Assembly: GCA_048939765.1 (NCBI GenBank)
Contig: JBHLPF010000025.1
Coordinates: forward strand, 1 to 55,817
Direction of reading: 5' to 3'
Length of the DNA: 55,817 nucleotides
DNA from: Promethearchaeota archaeon
GTDB taxonomy: Archaea > Asgardarchaeota > Thorarchaeia > Thorarchaeales > Thorarchaeaceae
Shown one piece after another: positions 20,821 through 29,894 of this stretch; position 1 is the first letter of the stretch; each line of letters starts with the position of its first letter. The translations under genes were made by a program, and so were the position numbers. Under the pieces are notes generated by a model that had not been told where the DNA came from, ran no database searches, and was given only the letters and a program-made list of their open reading frames with translations.

Positions 20821-20852
20821 CTGATTCTGAGGGGTAATTCTTGTGAAATATC

Positions 20853-20963
20853 ATGGCTCTAGCAACTAACTCTCGAACTTCATCCGTGAAGAAGAATAAG
20901 AAGATTCCCAGAGTCCCAGAGACTCAGGCAATCCCTTACGCTAACATGACCTTTGTGAGGTGA
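20853..20963 (+). CDS. 36-aa micro-peptide 1 (not in ORF track)
   Basis: MALATNSRTSSVKKNKKIPRVPETQAIPYANMTFVR; first ATG after the TATA box. Confidence 0.6.
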   Translation: MALATNSRTSSVKKNKKIPRVPETQAIPYANMTFVR

Positions 20964-20972
20964 AACCTTACA

Positions 20973-21053
20973 ATGGCGCTTGCAAGGATCAAGAAGAACC
21001 CCCAAGAAATGGCCTATGTTCAGGCAATTGCCCGAACATACTCCTCGAGGTAG
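20973..21053 (+). CDS. 26-aa micro-peptide 2 (not in ORF track)
   Basis: MALARIKKNPQEMAYVQAIARTYSSR; GAGGTGA SD 9 nt upstream. Confidence 0.62.
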   Translation: MALARIKKNPQEMAYVQAIARTYSSR

Positions 21054-21059
21054 TTCCAG

Positions 21060-22421
21060 ATGACTACCTCTCTGGCCACCACCGATTCAGCTGAGGCTGA
21101 ACCAACCAAAGACAACACCTTCAAGTCTCTGCTTCGAAACAGGGACTACGCTCGTCTTTGGGCTGGACAACTTGTTTCCAATATCGGTACAGCAATCAGT
21201 TCTCTTGCTCTTCTTTTCTATGCATATAGTCTGACTCAGTCCGCCCTAGCAATGGCAATATTAGCAATGGCTCAGACCGCTCCAGTGGTCATCTTCGCTG
21301 GCTTTGTCGGAGTATATGTCGATAGATGGAACCGAAAGACAATCATGGTTGCGTCTGACATTGTTCGATCCATCCTTATCCTCCTCATTCCTCTTGCTGT
21401 TCACTTCCCAGGAAACGTTTCTCCTATCTATTGGGTCTACACTCTAACGTTTCTCTATGCAGTGGCAAATGCATGGTTCTTTCCAGCTAGAAACGCTTCA
21501 ATCCCGAACCTAGTAGAGGCCGATGAACTAGTCGCTGCAAACTCTCTCTCGCAAATGACATTCCAAGTAGTCCAGCTCACCATCCCGCCACTCGGGGGTG
21601 TACTAGTGGCGCTCCTTGCACCGGACTACTTCCTCGCTTTCGCCATTACAGCATCAACCTTTGCATTTTCTGCAGTTGCACTCAGGTCGATTAACACCTC
21701 CCTAGTTCCCAAAGGCAAAATCAGCAAGGAGTCTGTTCGTACACAAGTCATTCAGGGCGGAAAGTACGTGGCAGGCAATTCCATCCTTCAATTCTTCTTC
21801 ATCTTCGCCATTCTACTGGCAGGATCCTCCGGAATCCTCAATGCGTTGATGATGCCCCACCTAGAGGGTTACATTGGCATCACAGAGGTACAATTCGGTA
21901 TAATCTTGAGTGCTGGGGCCGCAGTAGGTACACTAACGGCATATGTTCTTGGCACCAAGAAGAAGATTCCTTACCCACTCTACCTCGTATCAATCGCAGG
22001 TCTAGTCGCTGGTATCGCCGTCTTCGGTCTTGCTTTCTCAACGGAATTCTGGGGTGTCCTTCTGTCATGGGCACTCATCGGATCTGTTGATGTCATGCTC
22101 AACATTCCGCTTGCCACTCTCATGCAGGACTTGGTTGTGGACAACTACCGGGGAAGGGTGTTTGCACTCCTCAATGTAGTCTTCACGGCTGTTCAAGTGC
22201 TTGGCATGGCTATCGGCGGAGTCTGGGCCGAGGCAGTGGTTTCAACCATCGCTCCACTGATTGGTGCAGCCATCGGACTTGTGGTAGTATCAGTCTTGGG
22301 CGTGCTGGTAGTATCCAAATGGGACCTACACGGTAAACTTGACATTATGCTGAATGACTCGGAAAAACACGTTGCTAGAGACACCGAGTCCTCAGAGGTC
22401 GCGCTTGAGGCAGTCACCTGA
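21060..22421 (+). CDS. MFS transporter (DHA3/MefA-EntS-like exporter)
   Basis: RLWAGQLVSNIG, GVYVDRWNRKTIMVASDIVR, YRGRVFAL; about 12 TM helices. Confidence 0.92.
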   Translation: MTTSLATTDSAEAEPTKDNTFKSLLRNRDYARLWAGQLVSNIGTAISSLALLFYAYSLTQSALAMAILAMAQTAPVVIFAGFVGVYVDRWNRKTIMVASDIVRSILILLIPLAVHFPGNVSPIYWVYTLTFLYAVANAWFFPARNASIPNLVEADELVAANSLSQMTFQVVQLTIPPLGGVLVALLAPDYFLAFAITASTFAFSAVALRSINTSLVPKGKISKESVRTQVIQGGKYVAGNSILQFFFIFAILLAGSSGILNALMMPHLEGYIGITEVQFGIILSAGAAVGTLTAYVLGTKKKIPYPLYLVSIAGLVAGIAVFGLAFSTEFWGVLLSWALIGSVDVMLNIPLATLMQDLVVDNYRGRVFALLNVVFTAVQVLGMAIGGVWAEAVVSTIAPLIGAAIGLVVVSVLGVLVVSKWDLHGKLDIMLNDSEKHVARDTESSEVALEAVT

Positions 22422-22552
22422 AGCGTGACAGGGCGGGAGAACTCAAAATAGTGCTCTCGCCCATCCTGAATGATTCATCGGGATGATTCGTTCAAAAGAT
22501 AGAACTAACTAGAGTTTTTCACTCGTTTATACCGGTTTCACGGTGAGTTTCA

Positions 22553-23356
22553 GTGAGATTGCGCATAGACTGGCGTTCTTGGAGAGTAAGGAGTGGGATA
22601 GTGGCAATTGGAGTGATTTTTTTTCTGCTGCCAGCAATATGGTTTGGTGTCATCTATGCACTGTTCCCTCCGACACCTCCAATGGGCCGAGCAAATGTCG
22701 AGATGTCAGAAGACTCCTTCTTCAGCAATACGGATGATGTTGATCATTCAGCAGAATCAATAATCAGAGTTGGCAATTTCTCCACTAGTGGAAATGAAAC
22801 AATAGAGATAGCATTTTTCGAGTTCGAGTTAAATCCTCCACCGGCTGGTTCCTACCTTGCTGATCTGATCTTTGAGTTTGATTGTGCAGAGGTCCTAATG
22901 CAGGGAACCTTGAGATTTCACAAGTGCGAGTCAGCTAGACTTGAGCCTAACATGACATTTGACAATTCGCCTGAATATGATCCCGTACCATTCACCAGCA
23001 TCACTGTCACGCAGAATGGCACCTATACGGTTTCATTACACGAGGATGGTGGCTATACTGATTATGCTGGTTATCCATGTCTGTTCGCCATAGTTTCAGA
23101 CAGGGACACCCAAGTTATTATTCACTCAACAGAATCTGAGGCCGAATTTCAACCCAAAATGACCCTCTTTTCTCCATTAGGACTCTGGGTCAATCCTGCA
23201 GAGAATCCACAACTCTGGTACGCACATCCTATTGCATGGGCCTCAGTAATCGCTGCAATCATACTGTTGTCAATTGTGTGTGTAAAGTCATTGAGAACAA
23301 GAAATGGCGCTGAGGGAGAGATTCCCAACTCTCATGGAAATCATGAGAATCTTTGA
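22553..23356 (+). CDS. Membrane-anchored extracellular beta-rich protein (possibly DNRLRE-like)
   Basis: N- and C-terminal TM helices, N-x-S/T sequons; the 3' end runs into tRNA-Ser antisense. Confidence 0.6.
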   Translation: MRLRIDWRSWRVRSGIVAIGVIFFLLPAIWFGVIYALFPPTPPMGRANVEMSEDSFFSNTDDVDHSAESIIRVGNFSTSGNETIEIAFFEFELNPPPAGSYLADLIFEFDCAEVLMQGTLRFHKCESARLEPNMTFDNSPEYDPVPFTSITVTQNGTYTVSLHEDGGYTDYAGYPCLFAIVSDRDTQVIIHSTESEAEFQPKMTLFSPLGLWVNPAENPQLWYAHPIAWASVIAAIILLSIVCVKSLRTRNGAEGEIPNSHGNHENL

Positions 23357-23452
23357 ACTCTCGAGTGCATAGCACACTGGATTAGCAATCCAGCGCCATA
23401 CTGCTCCACACGTGCTACTACGGCACGCGTGTCCAGGCTTGGCTACCTCAGC
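23305..23452 (-). tRNA. tRNA-Ser(GCU) with two non-canonical introns (D-loop about 23402-23433; 59/60: 23322-23351)
   Basis: Acceptor GCTGAGG/CCTCAGC-G-CCA; CTGGA-TTGCTAA-TCCAG anticodon arm; long variable arm; mature length 86 nt. Confidence 0.9.
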
Positions 23453-23640
23453 ATTAGCGATGGCGTCGAAACTCGTTTATCTCATAAACATTTTGCCCGA
23501 AATTATATCTAATTGAGATTCAATCCCAAGTCTAGAGTTACTTCATTTCAGAAACGTGATGAATTGATGAATGTTGTATACAGTGCAAAACTCAATCAAT
23601 CGTAATTATTATTTCGCAGAGATAGATGTTGTAGGACGTT

Positions 23641-24243
23641 GTGATTCGCGGATTGAGTCAATGGAAGTCGACGATAGTTTTGGGATTGGTTTTAATTGGA
23701 ATTGCTCTTTCAGTTGCGATAGTGGTCCCTGTGGCTAGCGTGGAGGAGGTGATTAACACCACTTTCACAGTTGAAGCTGGCGCTACATATGGTCCATATG
23801 ACGATGAAACCTATTATCACACCATGATTTTCGGTAGCTCGATCCTCAGGGGTGAGGTCGTCATTGCAGGCCAAGGCATCTACTTTACAGTGGGGGGAGA
23901 ACATACTCAACATCTCAAGAACATCTTTGTGAATGCCCAGTTTGAATTCCTAGTTGATCCAGCTATCGACCAGTATACTTTCACTTTCAACAATACACAA
24001 GGTGTCGCTAGCAGCTCAGTTAGATTTGTATTGGAAGAAACATGGACTAGACCTGTAGCTTTTATCTCTCCAGGCACATTTATTGCATGGTTTGCAGGGG
24101 TGCTTCTCTTCCTTGCAGCAATGATTGTCCTTTTTTTCAAGCGAGTGATGAAGCGCGCAATCGGAGCTAACAACCTGATACAAGAACTAGAACCGGCTTG
24201 GATACCTCAGCTTATTTCCCTGCGGCTCGTGGTTTTCTCTTAA
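23641..24243 (+). CDS. Membrane protein with a GOLD/emp24-like beta-sandwich
   Basis: N-terminal TM/signal, YTFTFNN...SSSVRFVL strand pattern, C-terminal TM. Confidence 0.55.
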   Translation: MIRGLSQWKSTIVLGLVLIGIALSVAIVVPVASVEEVINTTFTVEAGATYGPYDDETYYHTMIFGSSILRGEVVIAGQGIYFTVGGEHTQHLKNIFVNAQFEFLVDPAIDQYTFTFNNTQGVASSSVRFVLEETWTRPVAFISPGTFIAWFAGVLLFLAAMIVLFFKRVMKRAIGANNLIQELEPAWIPQLISLRLVVFS

Positions 24244-24380
24244 ACATTGTCGTAGTGCGCTGTTCAAGGCCTCTCCTTCAATCTAATCTTGGTGCTACTT
24301 ATCCAAGCGAACGCTACAATAACATACATCCCCCGACAACAACACCACACGAAGTCATATGCTTAGAGAATCGGACATCA

Positions 24381-26183
24381 TCAAGTCACATCTAGTGCCT
24401 CAAGGGGATCTATTGACTCTACGGGTTCCCCAGATTCCTGAAGGCGCAAGATTGCCATATCGTAGGCTCTCAGTACGTCGGCCTTCGTTATGAATCCAAC
24501 CATCACATTGGGTATTCTTGGATCAACAACCACAGCATGACCCTCTCCTCGTCGGAGCATTTCTTGCAGGACACTATCCATTGTGCAATTTGGAGCAATA
24601 TGCAAGAAATCAGGGTTCATTAGGTCCCTGACAAGGAGCTCTTGAGATTCATCCTGAGGCTTTCGAAACAAGTCTTCTGTTATCAAGCAGCCAACAACGA
24701 GACCATTCTTATCGACGACCGGGAATTTCGTGTGTTGAGTGGCATCAACGATGGCAAGAACCTCTTCAGGAGTCATATCAGGGTTCAGCAGAGTAGGCTC
24801 CTTTGTCATGACATGTTCTGCTTTTGCCTCCCGAAGGGCCCCAATATAGGCACCTCTTCTCACATGAACCCCTCTGCGCGCGAGTTTCAGAGTATAAATG
24901 CTCTCCCCCTCAATGAGTGATGAGATAAGGAAAGAGGAGGAAACCGCTATCATCAGCGGCAGAATCATCGAGTAGTCACTTGTCATCTCCATAATTATGA
25001 CAATACAGGTAATTGGCGCCCTGCCAGCGCCTGCAAAGAGGGCAGCCATTCCTACCAGTGCATATGCCATAGGTTCTGGAATCACTGTGGGAAAGAGTGT
25101 GGAAAACAGAAGTCCATAGGCTCCTCCAACTGCGGTTCCAATGAACAATGTCGGAGCAAAGACACCTCCTGAGCCTCCCGAGCCTAGCGTGACTGAGGTC
25201 GCTAGGGCTTTTGCAACACCCAGAACTGCCAGCAGAAGGAGGGGCACTACTCCGATTAAAGAGGCATCAATGAACGCATATCCTACCCCCATAATGGCTG
25301 GGAAGTATGGCTCCCCAGGTTTGAACGCGCCCATATACCCGAACGAATTCTCCATCATCAGAATAACTACTGCAAGCCCACCAACAATTAAGCCTCCAAC
25401 TGCAGTAATAGCAAGCTTCGGAATAGGAAGCCTCTCAAAGAAATCTTCAATCTTGTAGAATCCACGAGTCCAGACTACGGCCAGAAGCCCAAAGAGCACT
25501 CCTAGCATGAAGTAGAAACCAAGTTCCATGTAGTTGTTCATGACAAAGAATGGCGCTTGAAATGATGGTTGTGAACCGAGCAGCGTATCGACTATGGCAG
25601 TGGCAATCACTGAAGACATTATGACCGGAATAATCGAAAAGCCAACTATTCCGCCCCCTATCACCTCAATACCAAACAAAGTGCCTCCCAAAGGAGCGTT
25701 GAAAGTTGCTGAAATACCTGAAGCGACACCACAGATAACAAGGGTCTTTGTTACTCTCGTATCAAGCTTCAGTCTAACTGCAATTGACGAACCCACTCCT
25801 CCACCGATTTGAGCTATGGGACCTTCTCTTCCACAGGACCCACCTGAACCAATGCATATTGCCGACGCAAGGCTTTTCAACAGAGGGACGCGAAAGCGTA
25901 TTCTCCCTCCCCTCAAGGCATAGGCCTCAATAATCTCAGGCACTCCATGTCCCTTTGCTTCCGGAGCATAGTTCAATACTATGAATCCCACTAGGATTCC
26001 ACCAGCTGCGGGAATCAAAAGCCATCCCCAGATCCCGATGGCTTGTGGCAGAGCAGAGAATGCTATGCTTATTCCCAGAATCATAAGCCTAAATCCAATT
26101 GCAACGAAGCCAGAAACCACTCCAACAATTGCTCCAAGAATATAGAGCTTCGACTGGTGGTTTACTAATGTTCTTTTTTGCAT
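24381..26183 (-). CDS. CLC chloride channel/antiporter with CBS pair
   Basis: GHGVPE, GREGP, GGVFAP; C-terminal CBS domains. Confidence 0.95.
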   Translation of the reverse strand: MQKRTLVNHQSKLYILGAIVGVVSGFVAIGFRLMILGISIAFSALPQAIGIWGWLLIPAAGGILVGFIVLNYAPEAKGHGVPEIIEAYALRGGRIRFRVPLLKSLASAICIGSGGSCGREGPIAQIGGGVGSSIAVRLKLDTRVTKTLVICGVASGISATFNAPLGGTLFGIEVIGGGIVGFSIIPVIMSSVIATAIVDTLLGSQPSFQAPFFVMNNYMELGFYFMLGVLFGLLAVVWTRGFYKIEDFFERLPIPKLAITAVGGLIVGGLAVVILMMENSFGYMGAFKPGEPYFPAIMGVGYAFIDASLIGVVPLLLLAVLGVAKALATSVTLGSGGSGGVFAPTLFIGTAVGGAYGLLFSTLFPTVIPEPMAYALVGMAALFAGAGRAPITCIVIIMEMTSDYSMILPLMIAVSSSFLISSLIEGESIYTLKLARRGVHVRRGAYIGALREAKAEHVMTKEPTLLNPDMTPEEVLAIVDATQHTKFPVVDKNGLVVGCLITEDLFRKPQDESQELLVRDLMNPDFLHIAPNCTMDSVLQEMLRRGEGHAVVVDPRIPNVMVGFITKADVLRAYDMAILRLQESGEPVESIDPLEALDVT

Positions 26184-26311
26184 TGAATAGGCCGCCTTTT
26201 ATTTAATGCGAAGTGAATTTATGCTGTAATTATCGAAATATAATAGCATTCACCTAGCTGTCGTTGTCTTAAGTGTTCTTGAATGGTAATGCATATCTGC
26301 GGAGATGCAGG

Positions 26312-26624
26312 TGCAGCGGCTCACGATGTTTCGACTGTCCTTTCCTAGGCAAGCATGCTCGATGCGTTTCTCAAAGCGGCACTCTCTGAGGCTCCACCAC
26401 TCTTCCTTAGAGCTGTTCCCGCCAGGGCCTGACTCAGTTCGAAAGTCTAAGACAATAGCACCAGTCCTACGACTGCTGGTATGTCCGTGACAGACTTCAG
26501 AGACCGCTCGTCAACGTCCCGCAACGAAACCTGCCAGGGGCGGGGTTCAGCCTCCACGGTGTTACTGGCGCCACTATTGCCATGTGGTCTCGACCGCGGC
26601 AAACGGCCCGCCCTTCCCGCTGCA
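26312..26624 (-). ncRNA. ffs: SRP (7S) RNA
   Basis: Terminal helix TGCAGCGG/CCGCTGCA, Alu-like AGTAAC, helix 6 CAGTC-GTAG-GACTG, helix 8 GTCAGGCCC-TGGC-GGGAACAGC; 313 nt. Confidence 0.85.
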
Positions 26625-26683
26625 TTCGGAGGCTTCCACTGATGTGCCTAAAAACGTTGTCAATAGTCTCTAATTCGTAGATT

Positions 26684-28480
26684 TCAGATGAAAGACCCTG
26701 TCGCTCTCTTTATCTCAGTGATTTCCTGTAGGACTTCCTTCTCGGAGGGGGTAAGATCATCCAAGAACTTCTTCCTCATTGCAAGAATGTGTTTGTCTGG
26801 GATGTCTGCGTAAAGGGTCTCGTCGTTCTTCACCTGGCGGCCAATGGTAGGTCCTCTAATGGACACAGCAACCTCCATCCCATTCGTGGCTTCATCTACC
26901 GGCACACTACGGTCCTGAATCTGAAGAATTGTACCCACTCGTCTGCCTTCTGAGTTTATTAGGCCAGTTCTAGGTTTGATGACCCCATGGACCCTCACAC
27001 CCACAATTGCAGGGTCTTTCTGCCTGAAGACATATTCGGGAATCAGTTCGAGTTTTCCAGGTCTGATTAAAGTCCCGAGTGATTCTGCTTTCGCTTGTTC
27101 TCTCTTGACAATCAGCCACGCATTATAATCGTCATATAATCGATAGATGACTTCATTCAGAAAGGTTTCAACACCGTATTCTGCAGCCAAATCCTCGATA
27201 TCGGGTGCGAACTTCACATTGAACCCTAATACCACAGCGTTCAGGGGATCAGTATCTCCTGCAGCCTTAGCTTCTACAATGTCACGTTTCACTATGTTCC
27301 CCACATCTGCTACTCTGACCGGGACTTTCCGGTCCTGTAGGAACTGAGTCACAGCTTCAAGTGACCCCAGGGTATCAGTCTTGACTACTATTCCAGAAGA
27401 GTCTCTTTGAATTCGGATAGAACTGACCTCTTCCTTGACCTTCTGTTTCATGGCTTCAATGTTCTCCTTCTTGCCAACCGCATATACAGGAGCACCTGCT
27501 ACTGCTCCCTCAATGTCCGGGGAAACTATCTTCACACCGGCAGCGGCATGCACTTCTTCAACGGGGGTGAACTTCTCTTTTGGATCACGAATCTCATCGA
27601 GTTCCTTGGGCTGTAGTAGTGCTCGAATCTTTGCGACAATGACGTCGTCAAGCCCGCCGATGACCACTGTGTCTGTCTTTCTCAGGACTCCTTCGTAAAT
27701 GATTGTGTCAAGAGTAATCCCAAGTCCTGTTTCTTCCCGAACTTCTAGAATAGCTCCTCGAGCCGGGCCTTCAGAAATCCGCAATCGGTCCTTCATGTAC
27801 TGCTGAGTGAGACCAGATAATACCATGAGGAGCTCTGGAATTCCTGTACCAGTCTTTGCACTTGTAGGTACGATAGCAACTGTCTTTGTGAAGTCTTCAA
27901 CTCTGTCGAATCTCTCCGAGTCATAGCCGTTGGCTGATAGGGCTCCCACAATCTCATAGAGACGCCTGTCAACCTCTGATTGAGTAGTTGTACCCTGCGC
28001 CTTGATGGCCTGGAAGAGATTCATACCTTCCTTCTCTCGCCATCCAGGGACCTTGTCCAACTTGTTTGCTGCCACGAGAAACGGAGTCTTTCCTGATTGG
28101 AGGATCTTCAACGACTCGTAGGTCTGAGTAAGAGCCCCTTCATTGATATCAATGACAAGTATAGCGATATCAGCTATCGCTCCACCTCGTCGTCTCAAGT
28201 TCAGGTAAGCTTCGTGACCGGGAGTATCAATAAAGAGAAGCCCATCGATAGTCAGTTCTGTCTTTGTGCTCCCAAGAAGATCTCCACATATTGCCTCGAT
28301 GGTTTCAGTGGGGAAGAATGAAGCGCCAATGTGCTGAGTTATTCCAGCAGCTTCACGGTCCTGAACTGCAGTTCCGCGCATCTTATCGAGAAGAGAGGTC
28401 TTGCCATGGTCTATGTGACCCAGCACAGTGACTATTGGAGAACGTAGTTTGGCATTGTTACCTGTCCCGGAATCAGCCAT
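26684..28480 (-). CDS. infB: Translation initiation factor aIF5B (IF-2)
   Basis: LRSPIVTVLGHIDHGKT, GITQHIGA, DTPGH, NKLD; ATG 28480 with GAGGTG SD. Confidence 0.98.
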   Translation of the reverse strand: MADSGTGNNAKLRSPIVTVLGHIDHGKTSLLDKMRGTAVQDREAAGITQHIGASFFPTETIEAICGDLLGSTKTELTIDGLLFIDTPGHEAYLNLRRRGGAIADIAILVIDINEGALTQTYESLKILQSGKTPFLVAANKLDKVPGWREKEGMNLFQAIKAQGTTTQSEVDRRLYEIVGALSANGYDSERFDRVEDFTKTVAIVPTSAKTGTGIPELLMVLSGLTQQYMKDRLRISEGPARGAILEVREETGLGITLDTIIYEGVLRKTDTVVIGGLDDVIVAKIRALLQPKELDEIRDPKEKFTPVEEVHAAAGVKIVSPDIEGAVAGAPVYAVGKKENIEAMKQKVKEEVSSIRIQRDSSGIVVKTDTLGSLEAVTQFLQDRKVPVRVADVGNIVKRDIVEAKAAGDTDPLNAVVLGFNVKFAPDIEDLAAEYGVETFLNEVIYRLYDDYNAWLIVKREQAKAESLGTLIRPGKLELIPEYVFRQKDPAIVGVRVHGVIKPRTGLINSEGRRVGTILQIQDRSVPVDEATNGMEVAVSIRGPTIGRQVKNDETLYADIPDKHILAMRKKFLDDLTPSEKEVLQEITEIKRATGSFI

Positions 28481-28565
28481 CGGTGACACCTCACAAGAAG
28501 ACTGGCAGCGGGGCACGTGTTGATGTTTATATCATTTTGCAAAGGCAATCTTCGACACCTTTCAC

Positions 28566-29821
28566 GGCATACTTGTTTTCTCACGTTGTGAATATATCTG
28601 AAGGTACATACTCACTAACATGTGGAGGACCTACCGCTATAGAATGTATCCCAACAAGCGACAGTGGGAGTTAATCCGACAGAATATTGATGCTTGTCGA
28701 TTCGTCTATAATTGGGCACTGGAGCATAAGAAAAGAACTTACGAAGACGAGAAGAAGTCCCTCTCTTGGTTTGATTTGAATAATATGCTTCGTGAATTAA
28801 AGACTGAAGAGCCATGGCTCAAGGATGCATATTCGCAATCACTCCAAATGGCCATTAGACGTGTCGATCTTGCATTCAAGCACTTCTATAGAAGAGTAAA
28901 GAATGGTGAGAAACCAGGATTTCCGAAGTTTAAGTCCAAGAGAAATCTCTCGCAGTCGTTTGATATTCCTCAGTTCTTTGTAGTGGAATTCTCCAAGAAG
29001 CGAGTAAAAGTACCGAAAATTGGCTCTATTAAGACTGTATTTCATCGGGAATATACGGGAAAGGCCAAGCATGCCGTAGTTAAAATTGAGAAGTCTGGAA
29101 GAGTCTTCATCAATATCTTTGTCGAACTAAACGTCGAGTTCCCTGAACCACACAAAGTAAACAGAGAGAATACGGTTGGCTTGGATTTAGGCATAGCCAG
29201 TTACGCAATATTATCAAACGGTGAGAAGATAGACAATCCTAAGTATCTCGAAGCCTCCTTGCAACGGCTGATAATTCTACAACGAAGGCTTAGCCGTAAG
29301 AAGAAAGGGTCCATTAACCATGAAAAGGCAAGGCTGCAAGTTGCCAGACTCCATGATAGAGTTAAGAACCAGCGTCGTGATTTCCAACACAAGATATCTG
29401 CTAGAATGGTGTACGAGAACCAAGGCATCGTAGTGGAGAGTTTGAATGTTTCTGGAATGATAAAAAATCACAGGCTCTCTAAAAGAATAGCTGATGCTGG
29501 CTGGGCCGCTTTCATTATGATGTTGGAATATAAATGCAGATGCAGTGGTGTAGCGTTCATAAAAGTCGGACGGTTCGAGCCAACGTCAAAACTGTGTAGC
29601 AAGTGTGGTAGTAAGAATGTCAACCTAGCACTTTCAGATCGCAAGTGGACCTGTCCTACGTGTAAAACTACTCATGACAGAGATCACAATGCAGCTCTGA
29701 ATATCAAACGATTAGGATTAGGAATTGATACACCTCAGGAACTGGGGGAAGAGCCTGTGGACCTGTCCCTTTGGGAAGGGTTGAAACAGGAAGCTGTTGA
29801 CCTAGGTTAGCAGCAGTTCAC
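28566..29821 (+). mobile_element. IS1341-type solo-tnpB element (no tnpA); left end uncertain
   Basis: Right-end hairpin GCTGTTGACC-TA-GGTTAGCAGC followed by TTCAC; omegaRNA-like stems overlap the 3' end of the ORF. Confidence 0.7.
28620..29810 (+). CDS. tnpB: RNA-guided endonuclease TnpB (IS200/IS605 family)
   Basis: N-terminal HTH (YRYRMYPN); RuvC D (GLDLG), E (VVESL), D (DRDHNAA); CxxC/CxxC zinc finger. Confidence 0.95.
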   Translation: MWRTYRYRMYPNKRQWELIRQNIDACRFVYNWALEHKKRTYEDEKKSLSWFDLNNMLRELKTEEPWLKDAYSQSLQMAIRRVDLAFKHFYRRVKNGEKPGFPKFKSKRNLSQSFDIPQFFVVEFSKKRVKVPKIGSIKTVFHREYTGKAKHAVVKIEKSGRVFINIFVELNVEFPEPHKVNRENTVGLDLGIASYAILSNGEKIDNPKYLEASLQRLIILQRRLSRKKKGSINHEKARLQVARLHDRVKNQRRDFQHKISARMVYENQGIVVESLNVSGMIKNHRLSKRIADAGWAAFIMMLEYKCRCSGVAFIKVGRFEPTSKLCSKCGSKNVNLALSDRKWTCPTCKTTHDRDHNAALNIKRLGLGIDTPQELGEEPVDLSLWEGLKQEAVDLG

Positions 29822-29894
29822 GAAATTGTCGCTCTACCCTGTCACAAGCCTAAAATAGGTCCGTCTTTGTCGCGGCAACAAGACACAGGCAGAC

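Noticed and set aside
26256-26650. RNase P RNA
   Set aside because: It lacks the GAGGAAAGUCC and AACAGAA P4 motifs, and the SRP features fit better.
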